The position numbers and the translations under genes are program-made. From an uncultured bacterium (GTDB lineage Bacteria; Babelota; Babeliae; Babelales; Vermiphilaceae): a stretch of DNA of 64,000 nt. Position 1 is the first letter of the stretch. Each line of letters starts with the position of its first letter. The stretch spans positions 704,001 to 768,000 of the forward strand of contig OY970172.1 in assembly GCA_963707655.1 (NCBI GenBank), read 5' to 3'. The notes beneath the pieces were generated by a model. That model made no database searches. It had not been told where the DNA came from and was given only the letters and a program-made list of their open reading frames with translations. Shown here in pieces: positions 20,107 to 28,627 of this stretch.

Positions 20107-20639
20107 CCTTCACCTTCTTCAATCTCTTCTATTTCTTTACGCTCCTCATCAGCTGATTCCAAATCTTCAACGAGATCATAATCATCAGTCAATGACTTGT
20201 CGTAATATTCTTTAACCGCATCTTCAATATCGCGGGCAATGCCAACATAAAATTGAATATCATCAGAGGTATATTTTCGTAACGCAGGCAACAAATCTGC
20301 ATTACCCGGATCGCTCGCTGCTATCATCAATATATCTTCATCAATCTCTACCGGAATAATGTTATTGCGTAACAAAAAATCCTTAGGGAAATCGCGCACG
20401 AGCAAATGATCAAAAAAATAACCTTCTACATCAAAAAAAGGTACTTGATAATAACTGGAAAGCGCTTTAAGAGTCTCTTCTTTATCAACAAAGGCTTCTT
20501 CCAATAAAAATTCTATGAACCAATCGTGAGACGATTGAGAGAAGCCTTTTTGCAAACCTTCTGCTTCAGACGTGGAAATAACTTTATTTTTTGCCAGTAT
20601 TGCCGAAATTGCCTGGGCAAATTCTTGCTGGTTTATCAT
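20103..20639 (-). CDS. Stand-alone GspE/PilB N-terminal (N1/MshEN-like) domain protein
   Basis: FP.DFL.RN.IIPV...E..L.IA.SDP pattern of the GSPII_E N-domain; 4-bp overlap with the ATPase ORF. Confidence 0.75.
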   Translation of the reverse strand: MINQQEFAQAISAILAKNKVISTSEAEGLQKGFSQSSHDWFIEFLLEEAFVDKEETLKALSSYYQVPFFDVEGYFFDHLLVRDFPKDFLLRNNIIPVEIDEDILMIAASDPGNADLLPALRKYTSDDIQFYVGIARDIEDAVKEYYDKSLTDDYDLVEDLESADEERKEIEEIEEGEG

Positions 20640-20658
20640 CTCCTCTCTCCTTTTTATG

Positions 20659-21037
20659 CTATGAACACTTTAATCCGATTAAAAGCCCCACAATAAAGCT
20701 AACGCTCAGTGCAGCATTGATCGTAACCCACTCCCACAACATCGAAAATGCATTGCCAGTTAGATGAGTAGCACGTATGCCAAAAAATTCTTCTACTTTA
20801 GCATCATTGATAATTACATGGATAAGTTCACATTTTTGAACAGCACCATGAGCACTAAAAAAATAACAAACGCGCATACATAATTGGCATATCTTTTAGA
20901 AAGAAGCCTGACGCAAATCCTATCCCGGCCGCAATAAAAAGTTCCAAGATTTTATGTTTTGAAAGATCGATCTTGTCAAAAAAATGATTCGCCCTATCAC
21001 CAATTTTATCTAAAAAACTCATTGGCTTTTCTTGCAT
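20659..21037 (-). CDS. FUN14-like small membrane protein, frameshifted in this sequence
   Basis: Two overlapping ORF pieces: GIGFASGFFLK and SFIVGLLIGLK resemble the FUN14 N- and C-terminal TM motifs. Confidence 0.5.
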
Positions 21038-21140
21038 ATGTGCCTCTTTTTTTATTTTTTCTGAATATAACTGTTAGTGTATAGAGATGAAAACCATAAT
21101 CTCAAGAGTATCGTCAATCTTGAGCAGTTATCTCCATCAA

Positions 21141-21168
21141 ACAGAAAGGGAGAGACATAGTCTCTCCC
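21141..21168 (-). terminator. Intrinsic terminator after HU gene
   Basis: gggagagac-ata-gtctctccc stem followed by TTTCTGTTT on - strand. Confidence 0.75.
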
Positions 21169-21194
21169 AACGAATAACTAGATAGTTTATAAAA

Positions 21195-21465
21195 CTACTT
21201 AATCATAGTGCGTAATGCTTTACCTGCTCTGAATTTAGGAACTTTCTTTGCAGGGATTTGCATTTTCTTGCCGGTTGCAGGGTTTACACCAACTCTGCTT
21301 TTTCTTTTCATCACAGTAAAGGTACCAAAGCCAGTTAAAACAACATCTTTACTTGATTTTAATGCGTGCTCACTGAGTGAATAAAAGCTTCTAAGCATTC
21401 TTTGCATGTGATTTCGACATCTTGGTCATTTTCGCCATGCTTTCAACTAATTTTGCCTTATTCAT
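21195..21465 (-). CDS. hup: HU DNA-binding protein (two apparent 1-nt deletions near 21410 and 21370)
   Basis: ATG at 21465 gives MNKAKLVESMAKMTKMSKS; frame shifts join it to VVLTGFGTF..MKRKSRVGVNPATGKKMQIPAKKVPKFRAGKAL. Confidence 0.9.
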
Positions 21466-21530
21466 GTATAAAATCCTTTTTTCTGATTCACCTGTTAAAC
21501 AGCAAACAAAAAAAGCTAGTACTAATTGGT

Positions 21531-21559
21531 AAAATAGTAACAGGATATTTTTCTGTCAA
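21531..21559 (-). promoter_or_regulatory. Sigma70-like promoter for hup
   Basis: TTGACA-17 nt-TATTTT on - strand. Confidence 0.55.
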
Positions 21560-21790
21560 GATTTTTGTGTTGCCCTATTGGCGAGTGCAATAAATATGCT
21601 TACACAACAGCATATTTATTTTTATGGGTGAAATGCTCGAATGACAAAATCAATAATGATTCGCAAATTTTTCTTCCCGATATGGACAAGGACAGTGAGG
21701 TTGGGGTAATGTAAGCTTTGTTCGTATATAAAGCCTGCACGGATCTTTCGTTCATTTGATGATGTCCTGTTATGAGAAGGTTATTCTGCC

Positions 21791-22990
21791 ATGAAAAAAT
21801 ATATACTAGTCTTGGGCATGCTTGAAATGTGCTCACTGACATGCATGGATAGTAAATCAGCCCAAAAGACCATTTCTCATTTTTTTGTGATTAACAAAGA
21901 AATGACCCTACCACAATTTGTCTCGTCCAGGTTCCAAGCACAGGGAATCAATGCTGGCTTGCAAAACTTTAAACAAAGACTGACTTGTGTCCCATGTAAT
22001 TACAAGACTGAAAGGGCTTGGGAATACGACGAACACTCAAGAACTAGAAAGCACCAAGCGCTAACAAAAATCGCTACGACAGACCAAGAGCGCCGGATTC
22101 AAGCAGCATGGAATAGACACCAGAAAAAATTCATTTGCGCTTGTAATACAACCTTTCTGAATGTGTTTCAATTTGAAAGGCATCACTGCATTGCACAAGA
22201 AACTTTAGCAAATTTCATGCATTCCGAACAAGACCTGATGTGTGTCCCTTGTAATTATTATGCTAAAAGCGCTTATGAATACAAGACGCACGTCGAAAAA
22301 ACTGTTCGACACCAAGCGCTAATAAAAATCGCCACGACTGATCAAGAGCGCCGAGTCCAAGCAGCGTGGGATAGAGAACGGAAAATATTCATTTGCGCTT
22401 GTAATAAAACTTTTCTGAATGTGTTTCAATTTGAAAATCACCAGTGCATTCCACAAAAAACTCTAGCAAGTTGCATGAATTCCGAACAAAAACTGGCTTG
22501 TGCCCCATGTAATTATGAGACTAAAAACGCTCGGGACTACATCCGACACGTTAACACATCTATGCTACACCAAGCGCTAACAAAAATCGCTACGACCGAC
22601 CAAGAGCGCCGGATTCAAGCAGCATGGAATAGAGAACTGAGAAGATTAATTTGCGCTTGCAATAAAGCTTTTCTGAACGTGTCTCACTTTGAAAGGCATC
22701 ACTGCAGTAAAACTCAATTTTTAGCAAATAACACTGATCAAAGCGATCTAGGTTTCAATGAAGAACTACAAGATGGACAGGATGTTATTAGAGATGTTCA
22801 GAGCGCTATGGATAAGCACTCGATTCAGGAAAATGGCCGGCTAGATAGTTTTTATCCAAGCATCACGTATGATGACCAAATAGATTCAACATCGTATCAA
22901 GATGAACAGGACCTTGCTCTTGGCACTGATGAGGATTTGCGTGAATGGTTGGGAAACATGACCGCATCTTCTCATGAAAAAGATGCCTAA
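21791..22990 (+). CDS. Secreted tandem double-zinc-finger repeat protein 1 (3 modules plus acidic tail)
   Basis: Signal-like N-terminus; 3x [C-x2-C-x12-H-x5/6-H]-QAL.KIATTDQERR.QAAW-[C-x-C-x12-H-x-C]; D/E-rich C-terminus. Confidence 0.88.
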   Translation: MKKYILVLGMLEMCSLTCMDSKSAQKTISHFFVINKEMTLPQFVSSRFQAQGINAGLQNFKQRLTCVPCNYKTERAWEYDEHSRTRKHQALTKIATTDQERRIQAAWNRHQKKFICACNTTFLNVFQFERHHCIAQETLANFMHSEQDLMCVPCNYYAKSAYEYKTHVEKTVRHQALIKIATTDQERRVQAAWDRERKIFICACNKTFLNVFQFENHQCIPQKTLASCMNSEQKLACAPCNYETKNARDYIRHVNTSMLHQALTKIATTDQERRIQAAWNRELRRLICACNKAFLNVSHFERHHCSKTQFLANNTDQSDLGFNEELQDGQDVIRDVQSAMDKHSIQENGRLDSFYPSITYDDQIDSTSYQDEQDLALGTDEDLREWLGNMTASSHEKDA

Positions 22991-25874
22991 CATAGATTGC
23001 TGCATGGACAAGAAGAGCTAGGTTGGGTAATGTAAACTCTGTTTGTACATAAACCCTGCACAGATCATTCATTTTGATAATGTCCTGTTATAAGAAGGTT
23101 ATTCTGCTATGAAAAAATATATACTAGTCTTGGGCATGCTTGAAATTTGCTTACTCACGTGCATGGATAATAAACCCGGCCAAAAGACCGTTTCTGATTT
23201 TTTTGTGATTAAAAAAGAAATGACCTTTCCGCGATTTGTCTCGTCGAGATGCCAGGTGCCAAGAGAACCTGGTGGCTCGCAAAGCTTTGAGCGAAGCCCG
23301 GCTTGCATCACGTGCAATTATAAGGCTAAAAGCGTTCTTGACTACAACCGACACGTCAAAAAAACTACTCTACATCAAGCGCTAACCAGAATCGCTACAA
23401 CAGATCGCGAGCTCCGGATACAAAAAGCGTGGAACAGAGATCAGAGAAGATTCATTTGCGCTTGCAATAAAATTTTTCCGAATGTACTTCACTTTGAAAA
23501 CCATGTCTGCATTTTACAAGAAAATCTGGCAAGCTTCGTGAATTCTGAGCAAAGCCTGACGTGCAGCGCCTGTAATTATAGCAATACGATGGCTTCGGAA
23601 TTCCAAACCCACTGTAACTCTAGACAACACCAAGCGCTAACAAAAATCGCTACGACAGACCAAGAACGCCGAATACAAGCAGCATGGGATAGAGACCAGA
23701 GAAAATTCATTTGCACTTGCGGCAAGGCTTTTTCGAATGTATTTCACTTTGAAACCCATGTCTGCATTTTACAAGAAAATCTGGCAAGCTTCGTGAGTTC
23801 TGAACAAAGCCTGACATGCACCACCTGTAATTATAGCAATACAATGGCTTCGGAATTCCAAACCCACTGCAACACTAGACAACACCAAACGTTAACAAAA
23901 ATGGCTACGACAGACCAAGAGCGCCGGGTCCAAGCGGCATGGGATAGAGGCAAGAGAAGATTCATTTGCGCTTGCAATAAAGTTTTTCCGAATGCGTTTC
24001 GTTTTGAAAATCATCGATGCAATGAATCTCAATTTTTAGCAAACAACACTGATCAAAGCGATCTAGGTTTCAATGAAGAACTACAAGATGAACAGAATGT
24101 TATCGGAGACGCTCAGGGCGCTATGGATGAGCATTTGATTCAGCAAAATGGCTGGCTAGATAGTTTTTATCCAAGCATCACACATTATGAACAAGACCTT
24201 GCTCTTGGCACTGATGCAGCAGTAGCTGCTTTAACCAGTCTTCAAAAAACCTGCGTCATCTGCAATTATACCGCTAAAGATGTCAGGCAATATAAGCAAC
24301 ACTCCCGCAACGCGACACACCAAGCATTAACAAAAATTGCTACGACAGACCAAGAGCGCCGGATTCAAGCAGCGTGGGATAGAGAACAGAGAAAATTCAT
24401 TTGCGCTTGTAATAGAGCTTTTCTGTACGTGCCTCACTTTGAAAGGCATCACTGCAGTAAAATTCGATTTTTAGCAAACAATACTGATCAAAGCGATCTT
24501 CTAGGTTTCAATGAAGAACTGCAAGCTGAACAAGATGTTATTAGAGACGCTCGGGGCGCTATCGATGATCAAATAGATTCAACATCGTATCAAGATGAAC
24601 AGGACCTTGCTCTTGGCACCGATGAGGATTTGCGTGAATGGTTGGGAAACATGACCGCATATTCTCGTGAAAAAGATGCCTAACACCGATCTTTCATTCA
24701 TTTTGATGGTGTCCTGTCATGAGAAGGTTATTCTGCTATGAAAAAATATATACTAGCCTTGAGCGTGCTTGAAGTTTGTTCATTGACATGCATGGACAGT
24801 GGATCCGGCAGAAATGCCATTTCCTCTTATTTTGTTCTTGAAAAAGAGCAAACGCTACGACAGTTTGCCGCACAGCGAGACAAAGATCGAGAAGCGGTAG
24901 CTGCTTTAACTAGTCTTCAAAAAACCTGCGTCACCTGCAATTATACCGCTAAAGATGCTCGGCAATATAGGCCACACTCGCGCAACGCGACACACCAAGC
25001 ATTAACAAAAACCGCTACGACAGACCAAGAGCGCCGGATTCAAGCAGCGTGGAATAGAGAACTGAAAAAGTTCACTTGCTCCTGTGGAGCACTTTTTTCT
25101 GACATGGGCCGCTTTAAAGCCCACCACTGCATTTTGCAAAAAAAGTTCGCAAATTTTATAACTCCTGAACAGCATCTGACGTGCGCCACGTGTAATCATA
25201 GCGACAGATTGCCTGCCAGCTTCCAAAGGCACTTAGAAAGCGCACACCATGAAGCACTGACAAAAATTGCCAGCACAGATCAAGAACACCGAGTTCAAGC
25301 AGCATGGAACAGAGAACAAAAAAAATTCATTTGTTCTTGTGGCAATGTTTTTTCGCGTATAGATTTTTTTCAAGGACATGACTGTATCCAAAATAGTTTT
25401 CTGGATTCTGAACAAGGCTTTGTATGTACCACCTGCAATTATAAAACCACAGAAACTGATTTATTCATAAAACATCGCAAAAACGCTATCCACTTGGCGT
25501 TAACAAAGACCGCTACCACTGACCAAGAACGCCGGGTGCAGGCAGCCTGGAACCGAGCACAGAGAAAATTCATTTGCATTTGTGATAAGTATTTTTATCG
25601 TCTATCCGATTTTGAAAACCATGAATGCATGTTGACAGATAATTTTTCTAACCTTGAAAAAGAGCTTAATTGCGCTCCATGCAATTATAAAGTCGCTGAT
25701 GGCTGGCATTGGGCAAGACACTTAAACAGCGCACAACATCAGGCATTAACAAAGACCGCCATAACTGATCAAGAACGCTGGATTCAAGCCGCATGGAACA
25801 AAGACTCAAAAACGTTCATTTGTTACTGCGATAAAGGTTTTCATGATATAACCCTTTTAAAACGACACCGCTGC
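21986..25874 (+). repeat. 11 coding repeat units of about 245-260 bp across three genes
   Basis: Recurring DNA core like caccaagcgctaacaaaaatcgctacgacagaccaagagcgccggattcaagcagcatggaataga. Confidence 0.92.
23109..24683 (+). CDS. Secreted tandem double-zinc-finger repeat protein 2 (4 modules, two acidic segments)
   Basis: Same N-terminus and module as protein 1; internal partial acidic tail after module 3. Confidence 0.88.
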   Translation: MKKYILVLGMLEICLLTCMDNKPGQKTVSDFFVIKKEMTFPRFVSSRCQVPREPGGSQSFERSPACITCNYKAKSVLDYNRHVKKTTLHQALTRIATTDRELRIQKAWNRDQRRFICACNKIFPNVLHFENHVCILQENLASFVNSEQSLTCSACNYSNTMASEFQTHCNSRQHQALTKIATTDQERRIQAAWDRDQRKFICTCGKAFSNVFHFETHVCILQENLASFVSSEQSLTCTTCNYSNTMASEFQTHCNTRQHQTLTKMATTDQERRVQAAWDRGKRRFICACNKVFPNAFRFENHRCNESQFLANNTDQSDLGFNEELQDEQNVIGDAQGAMDEHLIQQNGWLDSFYPSITHYEQDLALGTDAAVAALTSLQKTCVICNYTAKDVRQYKQHSRNATHQALTKIATTDQERRIQAAWDREQRKFICACNRAFLYVPHFERHHCSKIRFLANNTDQSDLLGFNEELQAEQDVIRDARGAIDDQIDSTSYQDEQDLALGTDEDLREWLGNMTAYSREKDA

Positions 25875-26060
25875 AATAAAAATCCATTTTTAGTACATGA
25901 CGCTGATAAAAACAATCAAGATCTTGACCAAGAAGTGGTAGACAAACAAGATATTTCTCTGCCCGGAGAAGATGATTTAGATGAATGGCTAGATAGAGTA
26001 GAAACATCTCGGGTAAAAAAGATGCTTGAAACTAGATTTAATGCGGTTAGTTCTGATTAA
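24738..26060 (+). CDS. Secreted tandem double-zinc-finger repeat protein 3 (4 modules plus acidic tail)
   Basis: Same module with more diverged fingers; tail DISLPGEDDLDEWLDRV. Confidence 0.88.
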   Translation: MKKYILALSVLEVCSLTCMDSGSGRNAISSYFVLEKEQTLRQFAAQRDKDREAVAALTSLQKTCVTCNYTAKDARQYRPHSRNATHQALTKTATTDQERRIQAAWNRELKKFTCSCGALFSDMGRFKAHHCILQKKFANFITPEQHLTCATCNHSDRLPASFQRHLESAHHEALTKIASTDQEHRVQAAWNREQKKFICSCGNVFSRIDFFQGHDCIQNSFLDSEQGFVCTTCNYKTTETDLFIKHRKNAIHLALTKTATTDQERRVQAAWNRAQRKFICICDKYFYRLSDFENHECMLTDNFSNLEKELNCAPCNYKVADGWHWARHLNSAQHQALTKTAITDQERWIQAAWNKDSKTFICYCDKGFHDITLLKRHRCNKNPFLVHDADKNNQDLDQEVVDKQDISLPGEDDLDEWLDRVETSRVKKMLETRFNAVSSD

Positions 26061-26068
26061 TTTGGCGT

Positions 26069-26116
26069 GCCAGCCGTAGTTTTGCCAAGGCGGAAACTCT
26101 GGATAAACGAAGGCTG
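26069..26116. repeat. tRNA-trailer palindromic element (related copy at 51671-51718)
   Basis: gccagccgtagttttgccaaggcggaaactctggataaacgaaggctg vs gccagacgtagtctgccaagccggtaggcctggatagacgaagactgg. Confidence 0.7.
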
Positions 26117-26208
26117 CTCTGCTTCGCTACGTGCCATAATTGCAATGGTGGCTAAGCTCTTTCCTAAAGAGGCTGGCCTACCGTACGAAGCTCTAACAGA
26201 GCGAAGTA

Positions 26209-26296
26209 TGGTGCCGAGAGCCGGACTCGAACCGGCACAGGCTATAAGCCCGAAGGATTTTAAGTCCTTTGCGTCTACCAATTCCGCCATCCCGGC
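26209..26296 (-). tRNA. tRNA-Leu (anticodon TAA)
   Basis: Reverse complement GCCGGGATGGCGGAATTGGTAGACGCAAAGGACTTAAAATCCTT...GGTTCGAGTCCGGCTCTCGGCACCA; long variable arm; encoded CCA. Confidence 0.96.
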
Positions 26297-26322
26297 ACAC
26301 CATAATAATTTCGTAGATTTTG

Positions 26323-26396
26323 TGGAGGCGGCACCCGGATTTGAACCGGGGATCAGGGTTTTGCAGACCCTTGCCTTACCACTTGGCTATGCCGCC
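26323..26396 (-). tRNA. tRNA-Cys (anticodon GCA)
   Basis: Reverse complement GGCGGCATAGCCAAGTGGTAAGGCAAGGGTCTGCAAAACCCTGATCCCCGGTTCAAATCCGGGTGCCGCCTCCA. Confidence 0.96.
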
Positions 26397-26417
26397 TTAC
26401 CATCTTCTTTTAAACGG

Positions 26418-26900
26418 TTACTTTGAGAGCAACCCTGCTTTTTCCATTTTTTCTTTTAATTCTTCTGCGCTGATCACCGGCACCTTCTCTGCCTCGCCAT
26501 GATGTTTATTTGCGGCGGTCAGATATGGTTTTTGGCAAACACCCTCTACCGGGTATCCATGCTGCGCCCAATCAGCCATTCCTGCTTCATAAGCCCAGAC
26601 ATTTTTAAAGCCATTGGCAATCAACTCACTGGCAACCTGTCCACTTGCGGTGCACAGATAATTACTGCAATAGATTACCAATTCTGTATCTTTATTCAAC
26701 TTGTCTGTAAACGAATGTACTTTTTCAAAGGGGACATGAACAGAGCCTTTAATATGACAATCATCATAAAACGGTTTATCAAGCACATTAATTATATATA
26801 ATGATGCCTTCTTTTCTTTGCCGCCCATAAGATCATTCAACCAACAACCTGGCAACAACAACAAGGGGACCGCTAAAAAGAATAAAAATTTATTGTTCAC
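26418..26900 (-). CDS. Rhodanese-domain lipoprotein
   Basis: Lipobox LLLPGC; HIKGSVHVP, VIYC (active Cys), GF.NV.AYEAGM..W. Confidence 0.85.
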   Translation of the reverse strand: MNNKFLFFLAVPLLLLPGCWLNDLMGGKEKKASLYIINVLDKPFYDDCHIKGSVHVPFEKVHSFTDKLNKDTELVIYCSNYLCTASGQVASELIANGFKNVWAYEAGMADWAQHGYPVEGVCQKPYLTAANKHHGEAEKVPVISAEELKEKMEKAGLLSK

Positions 26901-26996
26901 GTTTTTTCCTCTGCTTAAAAAGTCTTTTTAATGTAACAAAATTTCTGCATTCCGCAATAATTTCTTATATCAATCATAATACCAAACGGTATCATA

Positions 26997-27989
26997 TCAA
27001 TGAATGAATTGTAAACATCTGGCGGAGCGCACCCGTTTAAAAAAATCAATCGGGTGTTGTAGCAGATCAAAAATCCACCAATCATATTCACTATCAACTG
27101 AAAAAATCCTAAAAAGAATTCTCCCATGAATCAGCCTGCCATCCAATGGTCCAATAAAACGACAATCTCTACTTCCTTGTCTATTGTCCCCCATCACCCA
27201 ATACTGATTCTTGCCTAATTCAACATAAAATTCATCGGAACAATTCCAGCGGCTCTTGCCTTCACACCGCTCTCTGTCACAAGTCGGATTTCGTGTTAGT
27301 GGCGTTTCGGCCTCCAATAGTATCAAATCCCCTTTTTCGTCTCTAATAAGGCGATTTTCTCTTAACAAATAAAATGGTTGCTTATTGAAAGGCACTGACG
27401 GATCATACGATCGCGGATTCGTATGGTCTGCCATAAATTCTTCAACGGCATTTTTATTGGCGCGTTGCACATCTCCTTGCAACAAGGTCTTGTCTTGTTC
27501 TTGTTTAATCCGCCCGTACAAAGTCTCCGGATCTTCATCAAAGCTCATAGCCAAAGGATATTTGTTTAAATACGGCTCATCTAATTTAAGGCTATTCACA
27601 TAAACTACCGGCTTGCCATCCTCTATAACGCCCTTAACAATATCCCCCGGCACACCAATCACTCGCTTGGTCCAATTGCTTGGCCCCCATACATAATTTT
27701 GGAAAAGAGACATGCCAAAAGAAGAGGAGTAATGAAAAAGCGGATCATTGAATGAGATAATTTCGCCTCGTTGCGGCTTACGAAAAAGATAGGTTGCTTT
27801 ATCGGCAAAAAATCTTTCTCCCACGAGCATTGTTGTTTCCATTGATCCGGTAGGAACTTGATAGAGACCAAAGCCAAAGGTTCTTATTAAAAAAATAACC
27901 GTGACCCACAGCAATATCTCGCGCCAACCCCCATCTCTGCATTGTTTATATAAAGATTTGTTTGATTGCTTCTGTTTTGAATGCGCCAT
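26997..27989 (-). CDS. lepB: Signal peptidase I (paralog A)
   Basis: VPTGSMETT (Ser), TKRVIGVPGD (Lys), MGDNRQGSRDCRFIG. Confidence 0.93.
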   Translation of the reverse strand: MAHSKQKQSNKSLYKQCRDGGWREILLWVTVIFLIRTFGFGLYQVPTGSMETTMLVGERFFADKATYLFRKPQRGEIISFNDPLFHYSSSFGMSLFQNYVWGPSNWTKRVIGVPGDIVKGVIEDGKPVVYVNSLKLDEPYLNKYPLAMSFDEDPETLYGRIKQEQDKTLLQGDVQRANKNAVEEFMADHTNPRSYDPSVPFNKQPFYLLRENRLIRDEKGDLILLEAETPLTRNPTCDRERCEGKSRWNCSDEFYVELGKNQYWVMGDNRQGSRDCRFIGPLDGRLIHGRILFRIFSVDSEYDWWIFDLLQHPIDFFKRVRSARCLQFIH

Positions 27990-28010
27990 ACTAACTCTTC
28001 CTTTTTTTTA

Positions 28011-28595
28011 TTATACGTTGGTGAATAAATCTTGCGGATAAAGAGAAGGAAGCTGTCCACTCAATCTAAGCTTTTCAAATAAACGAACAACAGATCGCTC
28101 TTTGGTAGGCACTTCATCTGCATTAATATCAATCCACCGCAATTCTTTTGACTCGCTGTTTTGCACTAGCTGTTCATCGCCCACTACCTGCAATAAAAAT
28201 CTAACATCATAATGATAATGTGTTTTTTCTTTTTTATTTTCAGGAATAAGATGAATGTCTATATCAAAAATTTTGTCATGTACCGGCCTAATCGACATGA
28301 TGCCCGATTCTTCTTGTGCTTCTCTTATAGCAACAGCTAAAACATCTGGATCTCCATCGCAATGGCCCCCAAGCTGAACCCACAGATCAAGTTTGGCATG
28401 ATGCATCAAAAGAACTTTTGAACGATCTTTATTGAGCACTATTGCTGACGCAACAACATGACCGGTTTCTAAAAAGCGTTCAAAACAATCAGGATTTGCC
28501 TTTATAAAATTGATCATATCACGTTTAAATGCAATTTCTTCTGTCTCCGAGGAAGCATAATTCTCTAACATCTCTATGAGAGCTAATCTTTTCAT
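28011..28595 (-). CDS. NUDIX hydrolase
   Basis: Nudix box GGHCDGDPDVLAVAIREAQEESG; HYHYDVRF. Confidence 0.9.
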   Translation of the reverse strand: MKRLALIEMLENYASSETEEIAFKRDMINFIKANPDCFERFLETGHVVASAIVLNKDRSKVLLMHHAKLDLWVQLGGHCDGDPDVLAVAIREAQEESGIMSIRPVHDKIFDIDIHLIPENKKEKTHYHYDVRFLLQVVGDEQLVQNSESKELRWIDINADEVPTKERSVVRLFEKLRLSGQLPSLYPQDLFTNV

Positions 28596-28627
28596 GCGTT
28601 AATTCCTTTTTATAATAAATTTCTATC

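Noticed and set aside
21986..25874. Repeated conserved DNA blocks separated by variable sequence, as a CRISPR array or diversity-generating retroelement
   Set aside because: Units are ~250 bp, in frame and protein-coding; no cas genes or reverse transcriptase in the window; differences between copies are not confined to adenines.
26057..26502. ORFs 26057-26290, 26067-26426 and 26320-26502
   Set aside because: They overlap tRNA-Leu and tRNA-Cys; spurious translations.
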